From: Desulfomonilia bacterium
GTDB lineage: Bacteria > Desulfobacterota > Desulfomonilia > UBA1062
Direction of reading: 5' to 3'
NCBI GenBank assembly: GCA_050014195.1
Contig: JBEKDT010000002.1
Location: 320,001-384,000 of the forward strand
Length of the DNA: 64,000 nucleotides
The notes beneath the pieces were generated by a model. It was not told the DNA's origin. It saw only the letters and a program-made list of their open reading frames with translations, and did no database searches. Shown here one piece after another: positions 22,927 to 32,549 of this stretch. The position numbers and the translations under genes are program-made. The number at the start of each line of letters is the position of its first letter. The first letter of the stretch is position 1.

Positions 22927-24777
22927 ATGATTTCTACAAAAGGGTTAATTACAAAACTCACCATACGTCTCGAGCTATACATCAATCTCATTGTAGTTCC
23001 TTTGGCCGTATATTACGGAACCATTGCAGGAATGTTTCAGGGTAAAAAGTTATTATACGTTATCTATACCGCAATAATCTCAGCAACCCTTGCCACCCTC
23101 TTCGGCATGTCCATCCGTATCTGGAAGCTTACCGGGATCTTGAATGCCCTTAATGCAGGGACAGAAGACTATGCAACGATCAAGCTTGATCTTCTCTCAT
23201 ACCCCACAACCGAGAGTATTGTCATTGTCCTTCGATGGGTCCTCGGCCTGATGTGCCAATATGCTATTTTACAGTCATCGGTTGGGATTACATGGTTTGA
23301 GACATTGCCGGTATTCTTTATCCTTCTTCTCTGTGTACCCATAAATAGCATAATATCCTATTGCACTACGGAACATCTCCTTTCGCCTGTCCTCATGGAT
23401 GATCGCATCAAAGGCGTACACCTCCCACGGGATTCATATACCTTATTCAGCGCCTCTTTCAGAACTACACTCATCGTCATCTCTGTCCTTATCATTCCAC
23501 TGGTCACCCTGGGGCACTTTCTTTTCATATCCAATCTACAGGCATTCAGGCTGAGCGACCTCTCTATCAATGTTTTCATCATCATGGCGCTATCTCTCGC
23601 TGCTATCTTCGTAACCGTGCATGAATCGAATGCAGGAATACATACGGGCCTGAAGATGACCCTGGATACCCTGGAGGAACTGGAGAAAGGGAATCTGCTT
23701 GTGGAGCCCATACCATTGTTAGCCAAAGGAGAGATCGGAATCATTAGTCAATCGGTGAATGTACTGGCCCATTCTTTGCGGAATTCGGAAGAAATGTTCT
23801 CAAAGGCATTTAGATCCAGCCCTGTTGGAATTGTCATATGGAGGATACAAGACGGTTGTTTTCTCAATATAAATGAAAGCTTTCTCAAAATATCGGGGTT
23901 TTCAAGAGATTCTGTCTTAGGGAAGACCCTTGAAGAGGCAGGATTGTTCAAATCGATCTCTGATTACTACAGGATCGTCCAGACCCTTCAAGGACTTGGG
24001 CAAGTCAGAGGATTCGAAACGGAATTATGTACCAATACCAACGAGATCAGGATGGTCACAATCTCTGCAGAGATAATTATGCTCTCGGATGAACGGTGTA
24101 TGATAGCCACAATAGAAGATGTTACTGAGAAAAAGACCCTGGAAAGAGAGATCCTCAGTATCGGCGAAAGAGAGCGACAGAAAATAGGCCAAGACCTGCA
24201 CGACGATCTCACACCACATCTGATAGGCATCGAGGTCATGAGCGAGTTATTGAAAAAAAAGCTCCAAGAAAACAGTGTCCCTTCAACAAGTGAAGCAGAA
24301 AAGATTAGAAGTCTGATTGAACAGGCTATTCAAAAAACAAGGAGACTCTCCAGGGGATTATGCCCGGTATTCCTCGCCGACCACGGGCTTGAGTCACTAC
24401 TGCAGGAGATGGCGTCAAACATTAAAGAAGTACATGGGATAACTTGCAATTTCAACTATCAACGATCCATTCTCATTGATGATATTTCAATATGTACCCA
24501 TATATATTATATCGTCCATGAAGCTATCTATAATGCCATAAGACACGGAAAGGCAGACAGGATTACTATTGATTTATTGTATAAAAATGGTGTTGTAACA
24601 CTTACAACCGAAGATGACGGCATAGGCATCCGAAACAATGAGAGCCCTCAAGGTATGGGGCTCAAGATTATGAATTTTCGCGCGAATATGATAGGGGCGG
24701 ATTTAAAAATTAAGAGTAATCCGAATGAAGGGACAAAAGTAATATTATCATTCGAGTATGATGGTTATAATAAATGA
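22927..24777 (+). CDS. Membrane sensor kinase (multi-TM, HAMP, PAS, HisKA_3, HATPase)
   Basis: ~6 TM helices, PAS, ERQKIGQDLHDDL, EAIYNAIRHG, DDGIG, GMGL. Confidence 0.92.
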   Translation: MISTKGLITKLTIRLELYINLIVVPLAVYYGTIAGMFQGKKLLYVIYTAIISATLATLFGMSIRIWKLTGILNALNAGTEDYATIKLDLLSYPTTESIVIVLRWVLGLMCQYAILQSSVGITWFETLPVFFILLLCVPINSIISYCTTEHLLSPVLMDDRIKGVHLPRDSYTLFSASFRTTLIVISVLIIPLVTLGHFLFISNLQAFRLSDLSINVFIIMALSLAAIFVTVHESNAGIHTGLKMTLDTLEELEKGNLLVEPIPLLAKGEIGIISQSVNVLAHSLRNSEEMFSKAFRSSPVGIVIWRIQDGCFLNINESFLKISGFSRDSVLGKTLEEAGLFKSISDYYRIVQTLQGLGQVRGFETELCTNTNEIRMVTISAEIIMLSDERCMIATIEDVTEKKTLEREILSIGERERQKIGQDLHDDLTPHLIGIEVMSELLKKKLQENSVPSTSEAEKIRSLIEQAIQKTRRLSRGLCPVFLADHGLESLLQEMASNIKEVHGITCNFNYQRSILIDDISICTHIYYIVHEAIYNAIRHGKADRITIDLLYKNGVVTLTTEDDGIGIRNNESPQGMGLKIMNFRANMIGADLKIKSNPNEGTKVILSFEYDGYNK

Positions 24778-24797
24778 ATATTGGGAAGTAAATTGGT

Positions 24798-25454
24798 ATG
24801 AACATCGCAAAAAAGGTTAAGATATTGATTGTAGAAGATCATGAGATATTCCGGCTAGGAATCAAAGAACTTATCAACCATGAGCCTGATCTGGCTGTGT
24901 GTGCCGAGGCGGAGGATGTAGATACGGCCAGGACACTGATTAATGCATTTCAACCTGATATGGTCATTATTGATATAACGCTAAAAAAGAGCAACGGCAT
25001 GGATCTCATTAAGGAGATCAGCTCATTCCATAAGACCATGAAGATGCTCGTTCTGTCTATGCATGATGAGCTTCTCTATGCTGAACGGTCTCTCCAGGCA
25101 GGTGCGCAAGGTTATATCATGAAGCAGGAGACCTCAAAATCTATAGTCAAGGCCATTCGTCACATCTTACAAGGTAACATCTATGTAAGCGAGAATATTA
25201 TGAGCAATCTTCTGAACAGAGTGAGAACAGGCCAAGATAATTTCGAGAAATCACCTGTAGAAAACCTTTCCGATAGGGAGCTTGAAGTCTTGAGAATGAT
25301 AGGACAAGGAAGATCAACCGGTGAGATAGCCGCTGAAATGAACCTGAGTGTAAGTACCATCAGTACGTATCGTGAAAGAATCAAAGAAAAGCTCCAGTTA
25401 AAAAATTCTGCTGAGCTCATACGATATGCCGTCCACTGGGTAGAGGATAATTAA
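24798..25454 (+). CDS. NarL/LuxR-family response regulator
   Basis: VEDH, DITL, LSMH, LSDRELEV HTH. Confidence 0.95.
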   Translation: MNIAKKVKILIVEDHEIFRLGIKELINHEPDLAVCAEAEDVDTARTLINAFQPDMVIIDITLKKSNGMDLIKEISSFHKTMKMLVLSMHDELLYAERSLQAGAQGYIMKQETSKSIVKAIRHILQGNIYVSENIMSNLLNRVRTGQDNFEKSPVENLSDRELEVLRMIGQGRSTGEIAAEMNLSVSTISTYRERIKEKLQLKNSAELIRYAVHWVEDN

Positions 25455-25709
25455 ATTTATAGATTTCATGTATTTCTCACAATAATCTTTCAGCCTTCTA
25501 AATATAATTATCTATCTTGTAATTCCTTTTGCTACATCGCCATAAAAGCAGCCGCCACAAAAGATTCGCTTCCTACTGGATTGAAGCGAACACAGAATTA
25601 TTTGTATAATATAATTAAGCTATCAAAAGGAGCTCTGCTGAATATTCTCCCGGCGGATAATTAATCCTTATTTGAAAATATAGTAACCGATCTGTGTAAC
25701 AAGAGGGAT

Positions 25710-25738
25710 TTGATTTTGTATCTAAATAAGACTATATT
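25710..25738 (+). promoter_or_regulatory. Sigma70-type promoter upstream of the AOR operon
   Basis: TTGATT-17 nt-TATATT; a second candidate TTGAAG-18-TATAAT at 25581-25610. Confidence 0.5.
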
Positions 25739-25772
25739 ATGATATTATCTTCACTCCGGGTAGGAGGTAATT

Positions 25773-27632
25773 ATGGCTAACGGATATGCAGGAAAATTCT
25801 TACATGTCAATTTAACAGATTCCACCTGTTCCGACTTCATCATTGATGATGCCACATTGCAAAAATATATCGGTGGGAGTTGTCTTGCTGCAAAGCTCTT
25901 CCTCGACAGGTATCCCATAAATCTCGATCCGCTGGCTCCGGACAGCCCCTTTATGATTATGACAGGCCCCATGGTGGGCAGCGGCTTTCCCGGCACATCA
26001 AGGTTCAGCATCTCTGCAAAATCTCCCCAGACAGGGATCTGGGGCGAGTCCGCATGCGGGGGTACCTTCAGCCCGGATCTGAAGCGGGCAGGTTATGATG
26101 GTATTGTGATTGAGGGAAAGGCCAAATCTCCCGTTTACCTCGCCATTACAGATGACAGTGTTCAGATCCTGGATGCCTCCCATCTATGGGGCAAAGACAT
26201 CTATGAAGCCACTGATATCTTAAAAGAAAAGGATAAATCCTTCAAGGTGCTGACAATAGGCCAGGCCGGCGAAAATAAGGTGTTGATCGCTGCTATCGGC
26301 AATGACAAGGGTCATTTCAGCGGCAGGACAGGTCTCGGGGCTGTCATGGGATCAAAAAATCTGAAGGCCATCATCGTGAAAGGTTCAAAGAAGCTATCCA
26401 AGGCAGATGATGAGAAATTTAAGCTGTTCCAGAAGGAAGCCATGCAGGAGGTGAAAGATTCGGCCCTTGCAGACGGCATCCACCAGATGGGGTCCGACGC
26501 CAACATGGACCTTGGGATGATCACTGGCGATGTACCCATCAAGAACTGGACCGTTGGCCAGGACTTCGAGCTTTCCTCCAACTTGAGCGGACCGACCATG
26601 AAAGAGAAGTATCTCACCAAGGCCCATGCATGCTCGAACTGCCCCGTTGCCTGCAAGAGGGTGGTCAAGGTTGACGACGGCCCTTTCAAGACAGAGGAAG
26701 GCCCGGGGCCCGAATACGAGACCTGCGGCACCTTCGGGACAATGATGATGAATCCCGATCTGGCTGCCGTGATAAAGGCCAATGAACTCTGCAACAAGTA
26801 CGGCATGGACACCATCAGCTGCGGATCGGCCATTGCCCTGGCTATGGAACTCTATGAAAAAGGGACTCTGACAAAGGACGACCTGGATGGGCTCGATCTC
26901 ACCTGGGGAAACATGGATGCCGTGATGGTATTGATCAAAATGATCGCCTTCCGGGAAGGTTTTGGCAATGTGCTGGCTGAGGGAAGCTTGAAGGCCGCCC
27001 AGAAGATAGGAAAAGGGACAGAAGACCTTGTTGTCCAGGTCAAGGGCCTCGAGGCCCCTATGCACGACCCGAGGGGGTTTCATGGAATGGGCCTTGCCTA
27101 TATGATGTCCAACAGGGGAGCCTGCCACCTCCAGCACGCAGTACTTGCCACAGAACAGGGCATGGCCTCGTGGCCCCAACTCTTCGACATGAAGGACGAC
27201 TACATGGGTACGACCAGTGTCGGCAAGGCGGCGTTGGTATACAATTCCGAGAACTACGGCATCCTGGGGAATTCGCTCGCCATCTGCCACTATCTCATCT
27301 ATATATTAAAACCCGAGACCATCCTTGGTGCCTTCAATGCGGTTACCGGCTGGAATCTGAGCTCCCAAGACCTTCTCAAAGCAGGAATGAGGGACTGGAC
27401 CCTGAAACGTGGCTTCAACAACCTGCTGGGAATCACGGCTAAAGATGACAAGCTCCCCAAGAAGCTCTTGACAGCCCTCGAGGAAGGAGGGGGGGCGGGT
27501 TCAGTGCCCGACGTAGAGCTCCTCTTGAAAGAGTACTACATCCTCAGGGGACTCGATGTTCGTGGCTATCCAAAGCAGGAGAAACTCGTTGAACTTGGCC
27601 TTGATGAATTAAAGAACAGACTCTATACATAA
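25773..27632 (+). CDS. aor: Tungsten-dependent aldehyde:ferredoxin oxidoreductase (AOR/WOR family)
   Basis: KSPQTG, GRTGLGAVMGSKNLKA, CSNCPVAC, GPEYET, GMDTIS, DPRG, RGACH. Confidence 0.93.
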   Translation: MANGYAGKFLHVNLTDSTCSDFIIDDATLQKYIGGSCLAAKLFLDRYPINLDPLAPDSPFMIMTGPMVGSGFPGTSRFSISAKSPQTGIWGESACGGTFSPDLKRAGYDGIVIEGKAKSPVYLAITDDSVQILDASHLWGKDIYEATDILKEKDKSFKVLTIGQAGENKVLIAAIGNDKGHFSGRTGLGAVMGSKNLKAIIVKGSKKLSKADDEKFKLFQKEAMQEVKDSALADGIHQMGSDANMDLGMITGDVPIKNWTVGQDFELSSNLSGPTMKEKYLTKAHACSNCPVACKRVVKVDDGPFKTEEGPGPEYETCGTFGTMMMNPDLAAVIKANELCNKYGMDTISCGSAIALAMELYEKGTLTKDDLDGLDLTWGNMDAVMVLIKMIAFREGFGNVLAEGSLKAAQKIGKGTEDLVVQVKGLEAPMHDPRGFHGMGLAYMMSNRGACHLQHAVLATEQGMASWPQLFDMKDDYMGTTSVGKAALVYNSENYGILGNSLAICHYLIYILKPETILGAFNAVTGWNLSSQDLLKAGMRDWTLKRGFNNLLGITAKDDKLPKKLLTALEEGGGAGSVPDVELLLKEYYILRGLDVRGYPKQEKLVELGLDELKNRLYT

Positions 27633-27660
27633 CACCTTATCCATACAGGAGGTATTTTTC

Positions 27661-28089
27661 ATGGCAAAAGTGAAGGCACTAACGCAGGAGTGGATGGATG
27701 CATACAAGGCAGCGATCGTGTCAGACCCTGAGTACAAGCAGATCGCCAAGGACTGGGAAGGCAGTGTGTCGCTCATTGTGAATGCAGACCCAAGTAAGGG
27801 CGTCCCCGAGCCGGTCTATCTCTTCCAGGATTACTGGCACGGTGATGTGGGCGATTTTATCGTGTGCGACAAGGCAAAGGCCGAGAGCGCGAAGTTCGTC
27901 ATGATCGGTGACTATTCCCGCTGGAAGCAGGTAGCCCGCAAGGAGCTCGATGCCACGAAAGGCCTCCTCCAGGGTAAGCTGAAGATGAAGGGCGACCTGC
28001 CTTATGTGGTCAGGAACATCAAGGTCGTCAACAAGGTCGTCGATGTCCTCGGGAAGTTCGAAACACAGTGGCCTGATGACCCTGAATGA
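27661..28089 (+). CDS. SCP2 sterol/lipid-binding domain protein
   Basis: ELDATKGLLQGKLKMKGDL SCP2 signature. Confidence 0.85.
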   Translation: MAKVKALTQEWMDAYKAAIVSDPEYKQIAKDWEGSVSLIVNADPSKGVPEPVYLFQDYWHGDVGDFIVCDKAKAESAKFVMIGDYSRWKQVARKELDATKGLLQGKLKMKGDLPYVVRNIKVVNKVVDVLGKFETQWPDDPE

Positions 28090-28224
28090 CAAGGAGTAGG
28101 AGACACCAGGCTCATCCTACATTGGTGTAGGTTTAGCTGAATCCGGGATACGCGAGCAGCAATCGTCCTAATGCATTCGTTTATGTAAGGACGTTTGTCT
28201 ACGGATATCCATAAGGAGCGAGGC

Positions 28225-29388
28225 ATGGGTTACGATTCAGATCTATCATTCAATTATTTCGGACCGACCAAGATCATCTTCGGTATAGATGCATCCAAGG
28301 ATGTGGAGATCGAGATGGGCCAGCTGGGCGGGACCAAGGCGGTCGTGGTCACGGACCAGGGCATCATGAAGGCAGGCCTTATTGACCACATTGTAAAGGC
28401 CCTCGGCAGCAAGTGCGTGGGCGTCTTCAGCGACGTCCCTCAGGATACCGGGGTGGAGGTGGTCGATGCGGGTGCCTCCTTTGCCAAGAAAAACGGAGCG
28501 GATATAGTAGTCAGTGTTGGCGGCGGCAGCGTCATCGACACCGGTAAGGGCATGTGCATCCTGCTCACCGAGGGTGGAAACCTGCGGGACATCAATGGGG
28601 TCCAGCTTCTGTCAAGGCCCCAGACCCCGCACGTCGTGATCCCCACCACTGCAGGCACGGGCAGTGAAGTGACCAATGTCGCAGTCATCATGGACAAAGA
28701 GATGGGCCAGAAGCGGCTGGTCGTTGAAAATTTTAATGTCCCCCGGCTTGCCATCCTTGACCCCAAGATGACGGCCAAGCTGCCCAAGCTCATGACCGCA
28801 GGCACGGGCATGGATGCCATGACGCATGCAGTGGAGTCTCTCCACGCCTTACCTCACGAACCAATAACCGATGCGCTGGGTATCCATGCAATAAGGCTTC
28901 TGTCCCGATACCTGCCGGTATGCATAGAGAACGGAAGCGATCTCGTTGCCAGGGGCCAGGTGCAGATTGCAGCCACTATAGCCGGATGGGCATTCGGCAT
29001 CGCGGGTGTTGGAAATGTACACGCCCTGGCACATTCCATCGGTGCTGTTGCCCATGTACCGCACGGCATAGCCAATGGAATCCTTCTGGCAGAATGTATG
29101 GAATTTAACATTGAGAGTTGCCCTGATGCCTATGCCATGGTGGCCGAGGCCTTCGGTGTCCGCGAGAAGGGTATGGATGACATGGGTGCCGCCAAGGCAG
29201 CCATTGCCGCCATCAGGAGATTCACCAAGAAAATCGGACATCCTCAGAAACTCTCGGAGATGAAGGTGAAAGAGGATGATATCGCTAAGGCCGCCGAGCT
29301 GAGCCTGGGTGATGGAGCTATTGTCAACAATCCGCGCTTGGTCCTCGACGCATCCGAAATGCTCGAGATTTACAAAAAAGTGCTTTAA
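28225..29388 (+). CDS. Iron-containing alcohol dehydrogenase
   Basis: GGGSVID, PTTAGTGSE, DAMTHAVE, HALAH, HG; start after TAAGGAG. Confidence 0.95.
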   Translation: MGYDSDLSFNYFGPTKIIFGIDASKDVEIEMGQLGGTKAVVVTDQGIMKAGLIDHIVKALGSKCVGVFSDVPQDTGVEVVDAGASFAKKNGADIVVSVGGGSVIDTGKGMCILLTEGGNLRDINGVQLLSRPQTPHVVIPTTAGTGSEVTNVAVIMDKEMGQKRLVVENFNVPRLAILDPKMTAKLPKLMTAGTGMDAMTHAVESLHALPHEPITDALGIHAIRLLSRYLPVCIENGSDLVARGQVQIAATIAGWAFGIAGVGNVHALAHSIGAVAHVPHGIANGILLAECMEFNIESCPDAYAMVAEAFGVREKGMDDMGAAKAAIAAIRRFTKKIGHPQKLSEMKVKEDDIAKAAELSLGDGAIVNNPRLVLDASEMLEIYKKVL

Positions 29389-29397
29389 AATCCATTC

Positions 29398-29428
29398 GGC
29401 AGGGAGGCACATACCTCCCTGCCCTACA
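29398..29428 (-). repeat. Perfect 10-bp hairpin with GTAG foot (single REP-like element or intra-operon stem)
   Basis: - strand TGTAG-GGCAGGGAGG-TATGTG-CCTCCCTGCC; no U-tract. Confidence 0.5.
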
Positions 29429-29456
29429 GACATGATACTACTTGGAGGAAATTCAT

Positions 29457-29876
29457 ATGGCTGATAACATCGTTGAGAACCATGCCGAGGAAGTCCCCTT
29501 TTCCTATGTGATCTCCGACCTTCTCGCAGGTAATCTCCAGCAAAAACCAGACAAGATGAAGACATTAGAAAACATGTACGGTGTAGTTGCCTTGAATCTC
29601 CCTGATATCGAGGCAGCAGTCACGCTCATCTTTGCAGGGGGCAAGGTGAGGATCGAGCCGGGGATCGTGGGTAAGCCCGACCTGATTATTAACTCCAGCT
29701 CTGAGAAGATCATCTCGCTCAACTCCATCAATATCAAGTTCGGACTTCCCTATTACTTCGACGAGCCCGGGATGAATGTGCTCAAGCAGTTGTTGAGCGG
29801 AGAGCTCAAGATCCAGGGCATGTTCACCCACCCCATTCTCCTGACACGCCTCACCAAGATCATGTCGGTGATGTAA
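29457..29876 (+). CDS. SCP2-like lipid-binding protein
   Basis: PDLII...LLSGELKIQG pattern; start after GGAGG. Confidence 0.7.
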   Translation: MADNIVENHAEEVPFSYVISDLLAGNLQQKPDKMKTLENMYGVVALNLPDIEAAVTLIFAGGKVRIEPGIVGKPDLIINSSSEKIISLNSINIKFGLPYYFDEPGMNVLKQLLSGELKIQGMFTHPILLTRLTKIMSVM

Positions 29877-29885
29877 GATTGACTG

Positions 29886-29916
29886 CCCCCCTTCCCTTAA
29901 AGGGGATCAAGGGGGG
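29886..29916. terminator. Hairpin between convergent genes
   Basis: CCCCCCTT...AAGGGGGG with inner CCCTT/AGGGG. Confidence 0.55.
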
Positions 29917-29917
29917 T

Positions 29918-30730
29918 TCAACCTTGATCGATGATGATGCCGTCTCTTTTTAGATGGTCCGCCCAAATCACTGCCATGAGGCGGTAGCCATTTGTATTAA
30001 GGTGGAGCCTGTCTTTGAGCCAGATCTTCTCCTGGTCTTTCAATAGATGGTGAAAATCCGGGCCTCTTCGTGCAAGGTCGGGATAGGTCTCTAGAATCTC
30101 TTCGATCCTGTTATTGATCATCTTCGTATATATACCAAGCCGTTCCCGGGCGCTGTCTGACATGAAAAATAGCCTATCGATGCCGAAATATTTCAACCCG
30201 CCACGGTAAGCATTGGGCGGGATTTTGGCAAGGTAAGTGGTGAGCCCTCGTTCCTTCAGTTTGATAAGGCACGCCAGGATGTTTTCCTTGGTGAGGAGAA
30301 AATCCCCATTTTCATACCCGGCAACGCCGCCGATGAAACGAGCTACCACATCAGGCACCACTGAATGGCTGGCATCATTGGTGCCGATCATCATGAGGCA
30401 CACACGGTAGTCCTTATCCGATTCCATGATTTCATCCAGCGGCTTTCCATTCAAAGGAAAGTCCTTCACCCCGCTCTTGGTCCATATACCCCCGGGCAGC
30501 CAGTCACGGGAGGTGCTCCCGCTCCTTCCGAGATTAAGCACAAGCCTACCGTTCCATTTTTTAGAGAGCATCTCGCCAAGCATGTATGGATATGTCGTAT
30601 TCAGAAGTTCACGTGTCCTGATATCCGCGAATGGGGCATACCGGGTGATACCCGGCTGGGAACCTGCGGTAAGTGAGTCTCCGATGGCGATGATCTGACC
30701 AGGCCCATTGATGAGAGACCCAGTACCCAT
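29918..30730 (-). CDS. SGNH/GDSL hydrolase
   Basis: GDSLTAG, G.SG, GTND, DRLH. Confidence 0.9.
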   Translation of the reverse strand: MGTGSLINGPGQIIAIGDSLTAGSQPGITRYAPFADIRTRELLNTTYPYMLGEMLSKKWNGRLVLNLGRSGSTSRDWLPGGIWTKSGVKDFPLNGKPLDEIMESDKDYRVCLMMIGTNDASHSVVPDVVARFIGGVAGYENGDFLLTKENILACLIKLKERGLTTYLAKIPPNAYRGGLKYFGIDRLFFMSDSARERLGIYTKMINNRIEEILETYPDLARRGPDFHHLLKDQEKIWLKDRLHLNTNGYRLMAVIWADHLKRDGIIIDQG

Positions 30731-30732
30731 GA

Positions 30733-31491
30733 CTACAGTACCTTGTCCATAAAGGCCTTGACCCTGGGGTTATCCATATTTTCCGAGAATACCTCCCTGG
30801 GGGTTCCATCAAAGATGAAGGAGCCGTTATCCATGAAGATCACCCGATCAGCCATCTCACGGGCGAAGCCCATCTGGTGTGTGACGATTACCATGGTCAT
30901 GCCCTCTGCAGCCAGGGCCTTGATGGTCCCAAAGACCTCACCCACAAGCTCGGGGTCAAGGGCTGACGTGGGCTCGTCGAAGAGCATGAGCCGGGGTTTC
31001 ATTGCCAGGGCCCTGGCAATGGCAACACGCTGCTTCTGTCCGCCTGAAAGGAATGCAGGGAATATGTCCTTCTTATCGAGCAAGCCCACCTTGCCCAACA
31101 GGTCCATAGCTATGTTCCGGGCCTGCTCTTTGGGCTGTTTCTTTACCGTGACAGGGCCCTCCATAACATTCTCGATCGCAGTCATATGGGGGAAGAGATA
31201 AAAATGTTGAAACACCATGCCGATCTCGGAGCGGAGAGCGCAGATCACATCGGGTTTGTCCAAGACAAGCCTGCCCTTCTTATCGCGCCGGTATCCCACC
31301 TCATTGCCGTCCAGCAGGAGCCTGCCCTCATCGATCTTTTCCAGAAAGTTGATCATCCGCAGCAGGGTGGTCTTGCCTGATCCTGAGGGTCCGATGATGA
31401 CGATCCGCTCGCCTTCTTTGATGCTTAGGTCTACATGGTCAACAGCAGTTAATGTGCCGAAGCGCTTGAGAACACCCTGCAGCTCAATCAT
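30733..31491 (-). CDS. Polar amino-acid ABC transporter ATPase
   Basis: GPSGSGKT, LSGGQKQRVAIARAL, FDEPTSALDPE. Confidence 0.96.
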   Translation of the reverse strand: MIELQGVLKRFGTLTAVDHVDLSIKEGERIVIIGPSGSGKTTLLRMINFLEKIDEGRLLLDGNEVGYRRDKKGRLVLDKPDVICALRSEIGMVFQHFYLFPHMTAIENVMEGPVTVKKQPKEQARNIAMDLLGKVGLLDKKDIFPAFLSGGQKQRVAIARALAMKPRLMLFDEPTSALDPELVGEVFGTIKALAAEGMTMVIVTHQMGFAREMADRVIFMDNGSFIFDGTPREVFSENMDNPRVKAFMDKVL

Positions 31492-32549
31492 CGGTTTTCA
31501 TATACCCCCAGTCGATCCTCGACTTTTCTGAACGAGACAGTGAATATGCTTGTAAGCACAAGGTAGATAATAGCGGCCTGGATGAGGATATATACATTGA
31601 ACGTGGCACTGAAGATTTGATTTGCCGCCCTCATGAGTTCCACCATGGCAATGGTCGATACTAATGCGGTATCTTTAATGAGTGCGATGAATTCATTACC
31701 CACAGGCGGCATGAGGCGCTTGTACGTCTGGGGTATGATGATGCGGCGCATGGCCTGCCAGTAGGTCATGCCGATGGCCTTGGCTGCCTCCATCTGGCCC
31801 GGATCAATGCTTTCTATTGCCCCGCGCATGATCTCGGCGAGATATGCCGAGTAATTCAGGCCGAGCCCGAGTATCGCAGCGGTGAAAGGCTTGAAGGTGA
31901 CGCCCAGTGACGGCAGGCCGTAATAGATGAAGAAGAGCTGGAGCAGAAGCGGCGTGCCCCTGAATATCCAGATATAGCACCAGAAGAGGGATGAGAGAAT
32001 CCTGATGCGGCTGATCCTGCCCAAAGCAATGAAGAGTCCTCCTATGGGAGAGATCGCCATGGTGATGAAGACGAGGAGCAGGGTCATGACCGTGGCCTTG
32101 ACCAGGGTGGGAAGAAATGTCTTCATATCCTTGATGAAGAGGAGCCACTCGGGGGTCTGGGTTTCCTGAATCTCGGCAAGGAGGTTCTTGGCTTCAAGAT
32201 TATCCGGCAGCAAGACCAGTATCTTGTGGCACATCACAGAGCTATCCTTGTAATCCTTCTTGCTGAAAAGGATCTTGGCAGCCTCCATCCGTGAACGCAC
32301 GAATATGCCTGCATCTTCACCGGGGGCCGGTGCAGGCACCTTCTTGAACATCTCGACAGCCGCATCGCCTTTGTCTTCCTGTATCAGCTGCATGCCTTTT
32401 GCCAGCAGTTCATACTGGTCAGGCCCCTTGGCTGCATGCACCGAAGAGTTCGAGAAAGGGATGATAATGAGGAACAAGAGGCCCAGCACGCCTGAAAGCA
32501 CGCTGAGCCTCGATACGGTTCTGTAGTTATTTCCAGGACGTGATGTCAT
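31488..32549 (-). CDS. Amino-acid ABC permease (HisM-type) with N-terminal TPR-like extension
   Basis: FRGTPLLLQL, GQMEAAKAIG, KDTAL; ~135-aa helical N-terminal addition after a signal-like stretch. Confidence 0.92.
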   Translation of the reverse strand: MTSRPGNNYRTVSRLSVLSGVLGLLFLIIIPFSNSSVHAAKGPDQYELLAKGMQLIQEDKGDAAVEMFKKVPAPAPGEDAGIFVRSRMEAAKILFSKKDYKDSSVMCHKILVLLPDNLEAKNLLAEIQETQTPEWLLFIKDMKTFLPTLVKATVMTLLLVFITMAISPIGGLFIALGRISRIRILSSLFWCYIWIFRGTPLLLQLFFIYYGLPSLGVTFKPFTAAILGLGLNYSAYLAEIMRGAIESIDPGQMEAAKAIGMTYWQAMRRIIIPQTYKRLMPPVGNEFIALIKDTALVSTIAMVELMRAANQIFSATFNVYILIQAAIIYLVLTSIFTVSFRKVEDRLGVYENR

